Below are positions 1-10,572 of a stretch of DNA of 33,081 bases, piece after piece (the stretch's first letter is position 1; the number at the start of each line of letters is the position of its first letter). Position numbers and translations under genes: made by a program. The DNA comes from Octopus bimaculoides (Eukaryota): assembly GCF_001194135.2 (NCBI RefSeq), contig NC_068997.1, positions 17,955,923 through 17,989,003 of the forward strand, in the 5' to 3' direction. The notes beneath the pieces are model-generated. The model made no database searches. It was not told the DNA's origin and was given only the letters and a program-made list of their open reading frames with translations.

Positions 1-360
1 ATATATACACCTATATATATGCATATATGTATTACGCACACACGTACTTGCAGTCACTCACGCACATGTTATCATACATACGGTATCGCATACACACACA
101 CACTCACACACACACTCTCACACACACACACACACACATACATAAGCATACGCACACATACACGCCATATCATACTGCCACATCTCATAAAGTATTTTTT
201 CTTTGTCCTTCGAATTCCGGTCAGTTGAAAATGTAACCATACGTGGAACATTGGCGATTTCTTCTGTTGTTGCTGTTGGCAATACTTTTTCTTTTCTTTT
301 TTTCTTCTTTTGCTTTTGCTATGTTATTCGCTTCCTTTTCTTTCCGAATTTTCTGTTTTT

Positions 361-460
361 CCTGTTTCCGAAGAAGAGCTATACTCGAAACGTAAAACAA
401 CTACTCTTTTTCCTTCTCCGAGCGCCTTATTAATAGTTTGCACGTGGTAGGGTCTCACAG
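361..460 (+). mobile_element. Penelope-like element terminal-repeat relic (host of the hammerhead motif)
   Basis: The motif continues as ...CTCGAAACGT..CTCT..CCTT..CCGAGC, which recurs in reverse orientation at 30613-30654, so it is a dispersed repeat. The PLE assignment is inferred from the hammerhead type; no RT or GIY-YIG sequence is seen. Confidence 0.4.
363..399 (+). ncRNA. Minimal type-I hammerhead ribozyme motif (dimer type, Penelope-associated), U4->C variant
   Basis: TGTTT-CCGAAGA-A-GAG(CTATA)CTC-GAA-ACGT-A-AAACA. Stem I: 363-367 pairs with 395-399 (5 bp). Core CCGAAGA vs consensus CUGANGA. Stem II GAG/CTC; GAAA box 387-390; palindromic ACGT stem III; GUA triplet 392-394. Folded by eye only. 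Confidence 0.6.
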
Positions 461-559
461 TGTTTTTTTTTGTGTATATATATACGTAACAAATTCATAA
501 ACATGTATATATGTATACATATATGCATGTATGTATGTGGATATATATACATATATTGT

Positions 560-775
560 AATAGTAGTAGCACTAGTAGTAGTAGTAGTAGCACTACTAA
601 AAGAATAGGACGAATATGGAAAACACATCAAGAACAGCAACAATAATGATAATGATGCGGAGAATGTGGTTTCAGTGGAGTTGATGATGCTCGTGATGGT
701 GGTGCAAAAAGTGATCAATGATGGCAGTGGTGTTGTTGTACCTGGCATTGATGCTGATGGTGATGATGATGTGCA
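560..775. repeat. Degenerate trinucleotide tracts (TAG)n and (GAT/GGT)n
   Basis: AGTAGTAG runs at 560-600 and GATGAT/GGTGAT runs at 640-775. Confidence 0.75.
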
Positions 776-1004
776 AGGGTAGAAAAAGATGCAAACATAG
801 TACCAACAAGGAACAAGTGCAGAACCATGAAGGTCATCGTCAATAACATATATATATATATATATANNNNNNNNNNNNNNNNNNNNNNNNNNNNNNNNNN
901 NNNNNNNNNNNNNNTAGATAGATAGATAACTCCCCACACACACACACAAACAGACATATATACATGTATGAATTAGTGAAGTATTATTACGTAGCAGCAC
1001 CAAA

Positions 1005-1048
1005 TTGCGGCGCCCCAGCATGGCTACAGCTCATGAGCTGAAACTAGA
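1005..1048 (+). mobile_element. Isolated 3'-tail fragment related to SINE family A
   Basis: GCGGCGCCCCAGCATGGCTACAGCTCATGAGCTGAAACTAGAT aligns with the family-A 3' end GGCGGTGCTCCAGCATGGCCACAGTCAAATGACTGAAACAAGT (reverse complement of 8312-8353). Confidence 0.5.
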
Positions 1049-1067
1049 TCAACTCAAACCAAATCAA

Positions 1068-1068
1068 T

Positions 1069-1105
<37 letters not shown>

Positions 1106-1523
1106 ACACACACATACGCACACACGCATACATACAGACACGCACACACATACACACACACACACACATTTATATATTCAGGCATACGTATGGTGATGCA
1201 TACAAGCAAAATAGAACTCAATATGCGAGTATATGTATATTTCTGTTTGCATGATAAGTGCTAAGACTCGAAACTTACGTAGGCTGGATCACTCTGTCGT
1301 ACCTGCTAAATATTACTAGATATTAATATGAATATAAATATACTATATAGTTCTGTATATTTATGTACGTATACATAGATGTGTGTGTGTGAGTATGCAT
1401 GTGTGCTTCTATACTTATCCGTATAGATATATATTTATATATTTAAACGTATGTGCATTCATATAAATATACAAATATACATAAATACATACAGACACCA
1501 ATGTGTGATAAATATATCCATCC

Positions 1524-1558
<35 letters not shown>

Positions 1559-1581
1559 CAAACATATGTTTTTCTCTCCCA

Positions 1582-1628
<47 letters not shown>

Positions 1629-1985
1629 CACACACACATACATACATGCATACATACATACATACATACATATATATATATATATGTATGAATGTATATA
1701 TGTATGTATTTATGCATATATATTTGTGCGTGTGAGTATATGAAATAGATATGTGTGTATATGCATTATATATATGTATGTGTATATACATAAATACATA
1801 TATATGTATATATTTATATCTATGTGTGTGTATATGCATATGTTTGTGTGTGTACTTGTACGTGTGTGTGTTCTTGTGTGTGTGCGACTGTGAGTGTGCG
1901 TGTGTGTGTGTGTGTGTGTGCGCGTGTGTGTGTGTGTGTATGTGTGTGTATGTGTGTGTGTGTGTGTGTGAGTGTGCGTGTAAAA
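1068..1985. repeat. (CA)n, (TA)n and (TG)n microsatellite field
   Basis: Long pure and interrupted dinucleotide runs, seen directly. Confidence 0.9.
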
Positions 1986-2495
1986 GAGAGAAACTGAGAA
2001 AATACGTGTAAATGGGCAGGGTTTGGGGTTTTCGTTTTGGTTTGGGTTTGGTTGGAAACATGGAAGAATATANNNNNNNNNNNNNNNNNNNNNNNNNNNN
2101 NNNNNNNNNNNNNNNNNNNNNNNNNNNNNNNNNNNNNNNNNNNNNNNNNNNNNNNNNNNNNNNNNNNNNNNNNNNNNNNNNNNNNNNNNNNNNNNNNNNN
2201 NNNNNNNNNNNNNNNNNNNNNNNNNNNNNNNNNNNNNNNNNNNNNNNNNNNNNNNNNNNNNNNNNNNNNNNNNNNNNNNNNNNNNNNNNNNNNNNNNNNN
2301 NNNNNNNNNNNNNNNNNNNNNNNNNNNNNNNNNNNNNNNNNNNNNNNNNNNNNNNNNNNNNNNNNNNNNNNNNNNNNNNNNNNNNNNNNNNNNNNNNNNN
2401 NNNNNNNNNNNNNNNNNNNNNNNNNNNNNNNNNNNNNNNNNNNNNNNNNNNNNNNNNNNNNNNNNNNNNNNNNNNNNNNNNNNNNNNNNNNNNNN

Positions 2496-2537
<42 letters not shown>

Positions 2538-3866
2538 AGGTATTAGGTATACGTTTGTATGTGTTTGTGTCCCACAGAAACAATAAGACATGAGCGGTGT
2601 TTGAATGCGTACGTGCACGTGTGAGTGCGTGTGAGTGCCTGAGTGTGTGTGCGCGTGTTTCTGTTATGTGTGTGCTTACGTGTATGTTCGTGTGTGTGTA
2701 TGGACGCGCTTGTATGTGTTCCGTTGTAAGTAACTTTGTACGTGTATGTGCGTTTTAGAAAGAGTGATAGATGAAACGTGTGTGTGAGTGCGTGTGTTTG
2801 ACTGGGTATGTATGAGCGTATAGGAAAGTACACATATCATTGTATGTGTATATGTGTGTGTGTGTGTATGTGTGTGTGTGTGTGTGTGTGATAGACAGAG
2901 GAAGATATATAAGGTATGTCTGCATATGTATGTGCGTTTTTGTGCGAGCATGTGCGCGCGTTCGTCTGTATGTATGGATGTATGTATGCGATTGGATGTG
3001 TGTATTCATGTGTGTGTGAAGAGCAGGTTTCTATTTATATGTGTGCATATGTGTTGGTATTTTACAGAGATAGGAAGTTATATATGCATACATCACTGTA
3101 TGTTTGCCTTTTGTTGCTCTGTGTGTGTGTGTATGTGTGTGTGATCGCGTGTATGTGCGTGTGTATGTGAGTGACGGTGTGTGTAGGCATTTGATTTTTT
3201 TGCACGTGTACGTGTGTGTGTGTGTGTGTATAGACAGCGTGTGTGACTATACATGTGTCTGTGTGTGTGTGTGTGTGTGTGTATGTACGTGTGTGCATGT
3301 CAGTCGTCTGTATTACAGAGAGGAAAAGAGACACACAGACAGAGAAAGAGGAGAAAGAGAGACCAGAGAAAGAAATGGAAAGTAAGAGTATGTGTACGTG
3401 TGTGTGTGTGTACGTGTGTGTGTACGTGTGTGTGCGTACGTGTGTGTGTGCGTGTGTGTGTGTAGGTGTGTGTTTGTATTTGTAGATTAGCTTTTGTATG
3501 TGTGTTTAAGTGTATATGTGTTTGTGTGTTAGGGAGTAAGAGATGGAATGATTGCATGTGTGTGCATGTGTATGCGCGTGTGTGCTTCTAAGTGTACGTA
3601 TGTGAATTTATATGTGTGTCAGTGTGTCTATGAGTATGTTGTATGAAAATTGGAAGTTTGTCACATATTTGAATAAGTGAACGACAGCGTGTGCACCGCG
3701 TGTGTTGTGACTATACGTTTCAATGTATATGTGTGTGTGCATGTGGGTGCGTGTGTGCGCTTGTGTATACGGTATGCACGCAAATACCTTAGCATATATA
3801 CGCACACTCACACACGTGTGTATATACATATATTAGAGTATAGTTACATATATAGATATATCAACA

Positions 3867-3902
<36 letters not shown>

Positions 3903-4171
3903 NNNNNNNNNNNNNNNNNNNNNNNNNNNNNNNNNNNNNNNNNNNNNNNNNNNNNNNNNNNNNNNNNNNNNNNNNNNNNNNNNNNNNNNNNNNNNNNNNN
4001 NNNNNNNNNNNNNNNNNNNNNNNNNNNNNNNNNNNNNNNNNNNNNNNNNNNNNNNNNNNNNNNNNNNNNNNNNNNNNNNNNNNNNNNNNNNNNNNNNNNN
4101 NNNNNNNNNCATGTATATAAATATATATATATACGTGCATATTATATCCATATGTATATATGCGTATATAC

Positions 4172-4206
<35 letters not shown>

Positions 4207-4260
4207 CAAGACATAAATAATTTTCATTGCATGTCTCTTTGTTTTACACACGCATGTGTG

Positions 4261-4296
<36 letters not shown>

Positions 4297-4863
4297 CATA
4301 TGTGTGTATGGGTATAAGGACGGGTGGGTGAGGGTGTGTGCGTGTGTGTACAAATAGGGCATAACCCCACCGCATACTATATGTGTCGAAATATCACACA
4401 CGTACAGACCCACATAAACACACACATACACACACACACATCACGCACAGAAGCATGTACGAGTGCAAGTATACGACGCTCTTGGGAGTGTGTGAGGGCG
4501 TTTTAGTAAATATAGGTTAAGAATCAGCGAACATTTTGCGTGTATCTCTGTGTACATCTACTCCTTCGCGTCCCCCCCCCCCGTGCGCTGTTGCGTACAT
4601 ATGTACGCATGTGTATGTACGGCGTTAAGATGCTTAGGTGCGGATGTGTACGGCGTAAGAATGAATGTGGTTTTTGGTAACTCGCCTGACCTCCTTATTT
4701 TAAATGCGTGTACATATGTTAATGCGTGTGTATGCGAACATATCACAGCGAATCTGTATGCACTTAACCGTAACGGTGTAATTTTGTTCCGTCCTCATAC
4801 GTATGTATTGATGCATGTTTGCGTACGTATACATACTTACATATATATGTGTATAAATATATA

Positions 4864-4903
<40 letters not shown>

Positions 4904-4985
4904 ACTTTCATACATATACATATGTATATATATGTTTATATATATATATGAATATATACATATATGTGTTATATATATATATAAA
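2496..4985. repeat. Degenerate (TG)n/(TA)n microsatellite field, interrupted by a gap
   Basis: Alternating purine-pyrimidine runs over about 2.5 kb. ORFs here translate to CV/YI/TH repeats. Confidence 0.85.
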
Positions 4986-5222
4986 TAGATAGATAGATAG
5001 ATAACAAGGGAGCTATTGCTAAAAATGATAAAGGGCACATTTGTGTATACGTGTGTGTGAGCGTGTGTTTTTGTGTGACCGTGTGTGTTTTTTCTTTTAA
5101 TTATACACTTTCTATTCCAATGTTTTAGTTTCCAAAAGAGCCAAAAAGCTTCTTCATAAGTTAAAGAAACACAACCTACATACACACATTGAACCCGAAG
5201 GCTGTGCCGATACTGGAGCACG

Positions 5223-5224
<2 letters not shown>

Positions 5225-5290
<66 letters not shown>

Positions 5291-5520
5291 ATATATAGAG
5301 AGATAGATAGATAGATAAATACATACATACATAGACAGACAGAGAGATAGATAGATAGATAGATACACAGACAGATAGTTAGACAGACACAGACAGATAG
5401 ACAGACAGACAGACGGATAAATAGGTAGAAGGAAGGAAGGAAAGAAGGAAGGCAGGAAGGAAGGATGGAAGGATGGATGGATGGATGGATGGATGGATGG
5501 ATAGATGGATGGGTGGATAA
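5225..5520. repeat. Compound microsatellite (TA)n-(GATA)n-(GACA)n-(GGAA)n-(GGAT)n
   Basis: Successive blocks of related units, seen directly. Confidence 0.9.
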
Positions 5521-5896
5521 TGGGTAGATGCATGAACACAAATGAAGGAGGGGTAGAGACATTGTAAGCAAATGTAAAGACACAGACGTAATGGAAGGTG
5601 AACATTTGAATTTGAAATATGGGTGGAGTTAAAAACAAACGAATCCCCATTAGTAGGAACTGGTTATAGACAATATATCTGGAATTTACAATGAATAGTT
5701 ATCGATTTCATGTTTGAAATGGAAGCAACGAATATAATTGGTTGGAAAAGGGGTGTAAATTTTCTTTCCTTATATTGTGAGGAATGCATATTACAATATG
5801 GAATTATATTAAAAGTGGTGAATGATTTCTGCTTTAAAAGAAATGGTGTTTTGATGGAATAAACAAATTTTGGGATCAGTTTGAATTCATTAAAAT

Positions 5897-6297
5897 GTCG
5901 GTGTGTGGTTAAGAAACTCGCCTTTCAGCCTCCTGATTTACGGTTCAATTCCCCTGCACGGCACCTCGAGCAAGTGTTATCTATTATAGATCCGGATCCG
6001 TCCAACCAATGCATTGTGAGTTAATTAAGTGGGCGTCGAGCTGGCAGAAACGTTAACAGGCCGGCTGAAATTCTTAGCAGTATTTAGATTCTGTCTTTAG
6101 ATTCTGATTTCAAATTCCGCGAAGGTCGACTTTGCCTTTGATCCTTTCGGGGTCGATAAATTAAGTACCAGTCACGCTATGGGGTCGATCTAATCGACTG
6201 CTCTCCCTCCCCCAAAATTTCCGGCTTTGTGCCTAGAGAAGAAAAAAAATTCAGTAGACGGCAAATGTACGGAAACCCGACTTATATATATATATAT
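5897..6297 (+). mobile_element. Diverged SINE family A copy, split by a nested family-B SINE (A parts about 5897-6028 and 6251-6297)
   Basis: A-box-like GTCGGTGTGTGGTTAAG, B box GGTTCAATTCCC (5942-5953), then GGCACCTCGAGCAAGTG...TTGTGAGT. It resumes after the insert as GTAGACGG...AACCCGAC(TA)n, matching the reverse complement of 9361-9405. Confidence 0.7.
6029..6249 (+). mobile_element. SINE family B copy (nested)
   Basis: GAGCTGGCAGAAACGTTA...TTCAAATTCCGCGAAGGTCGACTTTGCCTTTGATCCTTTCGGGGTCGATAAATTAAGTACCAG...CCCCAAAATTTCCGGCTTTGTGCC. The same blocks occur at 23632-23850 and 29567-30452. Confidence 0.85.
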
Positions 6298-7577
6298 CAC
6301 TTTCAAGTTCGTGCCTCACAGCGTTCATACACATAATTTTTCTCGTCTGGCCGTATAGCCTTTTCTGTTTGTTTTCCTGTCTTGTTTTTTGTCCGCCACT
6401 ACATTCCTCCATGGCAAGGTTTAATTTGTGTATACAAATTTAATTTGCGGTCCATGGGAAGAGCCGTTTTAGTGATGCGTCCAGCCCAGCTCTTCGAAAC
6501 GCCGGTGTTAAAACGGGGTAAGCTGATGAAGAAGAATGTTCTCTTTGTGGCTTGTGTGTTTTCTCGTCTACGTTTTGTTTGCAATGTCCTGTACCCAGAT
6601 ATGCACCTATACATACAGGTGGATGTCGGTATGCACATACCTGTACGTATATGTGCATATACTCATTTACTATTTGTTTTTATATGACCGAATGCAGCGT
6701 CACCAATCTGTAAGTAGTTTTCGTAACTTTATATTTTCCGACGCTACTCTATCTCTTTCTCTTTCTCCTCNNNNNNNNNNNNNNNNNNNNNNNNNNNNNN
6801 NNNNNNNNNNNNNNNNNNNNNNNNNNNNNNNNNNNNNNNNNNNNNNNNNNNNNNNNNNNNNNNNNNNNNNNNNNNNNNNNNNNNNNNNNNNNNNNNNNNN
6901 NNNNNNNNNNNNNNNNNNNNNNNNNNNNNNNNNNNNNNNNNNNNNNNNNNNNNNNNNNNNNNNNNNNNNNNNNNNNNNNNNNNNNNNNNNNNNNNNNNNN
7001 NNNNNNNNNNNNNNNNNNNNNNNNNNNNNNNNNNNNNNNNNNNNNNNNNNNNNNNNNNNNNNNNNNNNNNNNNNNNNNNNNNNNNNNNNNNNNNNNNNNN
7101 NNNNNNNNNNNNNNNNNNNNNNNNNNNNNNNNNNNNNNNNNNNNNNNNNNNNNNNNNNNNNNNNNNNNNNNNNNNNNNNNNNNNNNNNNNNNNNNNNNNN
7201 NNNNNNNNNNNNNNNNNNNNNNNNNNNNNNNNNNNNNNNNNNNNNNNNNNNNNNNNNNNNNNNNNNNNNNNNNNNNNNNNNNNNNNNNNNNNNNNNNNNN
7301 NNNNNNNNNNNNNNNNNNNNNNNNNNNNNNNNNNNNNNNNNNNNNNNNNNNNNNNNNNNNNNNNNNNNNNNNNNNNNNNNNNNNNNNNNNNNNNNNNNNN
7401 NNNNNNNNNNNNNNNNNNNNNNNNNNNNNNNNNNNNNNNNNNNNNNNNNNNNNNNNNNNNNNNNNNNNNNNNNNNNNNNNNNNNNNNNNNNNNNNNNNNN
7501 NNNNNNNNNNNNNNNNNNNNNNNNNNNNNNNNNNNNNNNNNNNNNNNNNNNNNNNNNNNNNNNNNNNNNNNNNTATA

Positions 7578-7608
<31 letters not shown>

Positions 7609-8094
7609 ACATATAGATATAGATATATATAGAGTTAGCTGAGTTAGAGGTTAAAATAACCACTATACTACCGGTATACTACCTATATTTAAACATGAGC
7701 AAACATGTTATGCTCATAGATTATAGGTAATGAAAGGATGAACAGGAGTTTATCAGGAATCAAAATATAAAGGAAACAGAAAATGGAGATAATACTGATG
7801 AACAATATTTGAATTGCATTAATCATTATTTATCAGTTATTTACAAAAAGACTGCTGCCAATGTTCTTTGGTATCACCATTATTTCTGTTTTCTTTAAAT
7901 TTTTATATATACATATGCATACATATATGCGTCATATACTTCAATCTCCGAAACAAATACACAAATTCAAAATTGCACACTATATATAACAGGAATTGTA
8001 TGCGATGTGCACATGCATGTGTGTACCGTCGTCGTGGCTTTCGCTTCAAGTCGGTGATGATGGTCCATTCCTTTTTTGTTTTTATCTTTAATTA

Positions 8095-8287
8095 TTGATG
8101 TATCCTGAGGTGACTGGAGCTCCTTCCACAACTGGGACAAATGGTTTCCGGATGGAAGGTCTTCTCTTGGCCTGTCTTCTCTTGGCCTGTCTTCTCTTGG
8201 CCTGCTCTTTGCTTCATGCTTGTCATTCCTACTGATCCGAAGAGTAAATATTCTCTGTTTGATGGTGGATAGCCAGCGTTCTCTATC
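8095..8287 (-). mobile_element. Frameshifted 3' end of an RTE-clade LINE ORF
   Basis: Minus strand reads DRERWLSTIKQ, then EQAKRRQAKRRQAKRR, then TICPSCGRSSSHLRIHQ* across frameshifts. This matches the DRxxW / basic stretch / CxxC..H C-terminus known from RTE/BovB-type elements. Confidence 0.6.
8159..8203. repeat. Perfect 15-bp tandem triplication (GTCTTCTCTTGGCCT)x3
   Basis: Three identical units at 8159, 8174 and 8189. Confidence 0.95.
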
Positions 8288-8636
8288 CTCTTTTACTCTT
8301 TTACTATTTTACTTGTTTCAGTCATTTGACTGTGGCCATGCTGGAGCACCGCCTTTAGTCGAGCAAATCGACCCAGGACTTATTCTTTGTAAGCCTAGTA
8401 CTTATTCTATCGGTCTCTTTTGCCGAACCGCTAAGTTACGGGGACGTAAACACACCAGCATCGGTTGTCAAGTGATGTTGGAGGGACAAACACAGACACA
8501 CAAACATATACACACACACACATATATATATGAGACTATAGTAGAAGACACTTGCCCAAGGTGCCACGCAGTGGGAATGAACCCAGAACCATGTGGTTGG
8601 TAAGCAAGCTACTTACCACACAGCCACTCCTGCACC
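8288..8636 (-). mobile_element. tRNA-derived SINE family A, near full length with an internal deletion
   Basis: Minus strand: A box TGGCTGTGTGG, B box GGTTCATTCCC, internal (TA)n/(TG)n, conserved body and a GAGTAAAA-type tail. It lacks the roughly 60-bp block present at 9365-9425. Confidence 0.9.
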
Positions 8637-9111
8637 CTATATCCTGAGTATTTCTCTTCTAGCCCTCAGTGTCTATTTCTCTTTTCATGAAGTTGACTTT
8701 CAAGACATCTTTGAATCTCATTTTTGTGTCCGTCGTTACTTCGTTTCCTTCTTTTCTTTTTCAGCTGAGAGTAAAGAAGTTAATGTATGTGTACCTAAAT
8801 TTAGACGTAAGCAAAGCTTTCAAAATCAAATAGAATTATGTATATGGGGACAATGCGAAAGATCTTTAAAATTTGACAAACACAGGATCATGTTCATGGC
8901 AATCTCAAGATATACCTTAAACTAAACTCATATAAATGTAGAGGAAACTCCATGCTCTGTCATGAAAGTAAATTAGTGCATATAAATAATCGTGTGACGG
9001 GAAAATATGCAAGGTGATATTTAAATAAAATATTTTTGTTCATGTACTTGCATCAGTCATAGGACTATGGGGTTTACATAGAGAGATGGGCGATGTTACT
9101 TATTTTTTATA

Positions 9112-9483
9112 TACTCTTTTACTCTTTTACTTGTTTCAGTCATTTGAGAGCGGCCATGCTGGAGCACCGCCTTTAGTCGAGCAAATCGACCCCGGGACTT
9201 ATTCTTTGTAAGCCTAGTACTTATTCTATCGGTCTCTTTCCGCCGAACTGCTAAGTGACGGGGACATAAACACACCAGCATCGGTTGTCAAGCAATGCTA
9301 GGAAGACACACACAGACACACAAACACAAACACACACATATATATATATACATATACATATATACGACGGGCTTCTTTCAGCTTCCGTCTATCAAATCCA
9401 CTCACATGGCTTTGGTCGGCCCGAGGCTATAGTAGAAGACATTTGTCCAAAGTGCCACGCAGTGGGACTGAACCCGGAACCAT
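9112..9483 (-). mobile_element. SINE family A, 5'-truncated (B box present, A box lost)
   Basis: Highly similar to 8288-8636 over the body. B box GGTTCAGTCCC; (GAGTAAAA)n tail at 9112-9130. Confidence 0.9.
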
Positions 9484-10494
9484 TTATTTTAAATTTTGAT
9501 TATTTTTAAANNNNNNNNNNNNNNNNNNNNNNNNNNNNNNNNNNNNNNNNNNNNNNNNNNNNNNNNNNNNNNNNNNNNNNNNNNNNNNNNNNNNNNNNNN
9601 NNNNNNNNNNNNNNNNNNNNNNNNNNNNNNNNNNNNNNNNNNNNNNNNNNNNNNNNNNNNNNNNNNNNNNNNNNNNNNNNNNNNNNNNNNNNNNNNNNNN
9701 NNNNNNNNNNNNNNNNNNNNNNNNNNNNNNNNNNNNNNNNNNNNNNNNNNNNNNNNNNNNNNNNNNNNNNNNNNNNNNNNNNNNNNNNNNNNNNNNNNNN
9801 NNNNNNNNNNNNNNNNNNNNNNNNNNNNNNNNNNNNNNNNNNNNNNNNNNNNNNNNNNNNNNNNNNNNNNNNNNNNNNNNNNNNNNNNNNNNNNNNNNNN
9901 NNNNNNNNNNNNNNNNNNNNNNNNNNNNNNNNNNNNNNNNNNNNNNNNNNNNNNNNNNNNNNNNNNNNNNNNNNNNNNNNNNNNNNNNNNNNNNNNNNNN
10001 NNNNNNNNNNNNNNNNNNNNNNNNNNNNNNNNNNNNNNNNNNNNNNNNNNNNNNNNNNNNNNNNNNNNNNNNNNNNNNNNNNNNNNNNNNNNNNNNNNNN
10101 NNNNNNNNNNNNNNNNNNNNNNNNNNNNNNNNNNNNNNNNNNNNNNNNNNNNNNNNNNNNNNNNNNNNNNNNNNNNNNNNNNNNNNNNNNNNNNNNNNNN
10201 NNNNNNNNNNNNNNNNNNNNNNNNNNNNNNNNNNNNNNNNNNNNNNNNNNNNNNNNNNNNNNNNNNNNNNNNNNNNAAATGTGAAAATATACTCGAAATT
10301 TAAATTTGCAAAGTGATGAAAATATGAAGTTAGCGCTTTTCTCCAGAGAAACAATTTCAAGCTATTACGTTTAAATATGAAGGGAAAAAATGGTAAGAGA
10401 ATTAACTACAGTTAAGTAATAAACACTAGTATGAGAATATTAAAAGAAATAGAATATATTCATATAAAAATGAGAGACTGACAGAATCTTTAGT

Positions 10495-10572
10495 GCGTTG
10501 AAAAGAATGCTTGACAGTATTTGTTCCGATGCTCTACGTTCAGAATCCACCTACAGCTTTGGTCATCTTAGT
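10495..10572 (+). mobile_element. Highly decayed family-B-like SINE fragment
   Basis: AATGCTTGACAGTATTTGTTCCG...TACGTTCAGAATCC...CTTTGGTCATC weakly follows the family-B head. Confidence 0.3.

Noticed and set aside
1250-1282. ATGATAAGTGCTAAGACTCGAAACTTACGT, faintly hammerhead-like
   Set aside because: The core deviates at two positions from CUGANGA, stem II is broken and no stem I or III can be drawn.
2014-2055. G/T-rich run, possible G-quadruplex or telomere-like repeat
   Set aside because: It has no TTAGGG units, and the fourth G-triplet is 15 nt from the third, so it is a poor G4.
6405-6515. Small hairpin AATTTGT-GTAT-ACAAATT and an hAT/MITE-like terminal motif
   Set aside because: No matching second terminal repeat or target-site duplication was found.
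7695-7900. ATGAGCA/TGCTCAT hairpin and an acidic frame (KDEQEFIRNQNIKETENGDNTDEQ...)
   Set aside because: Short, no recognisable homology, weak splice signals and within chance expectation.
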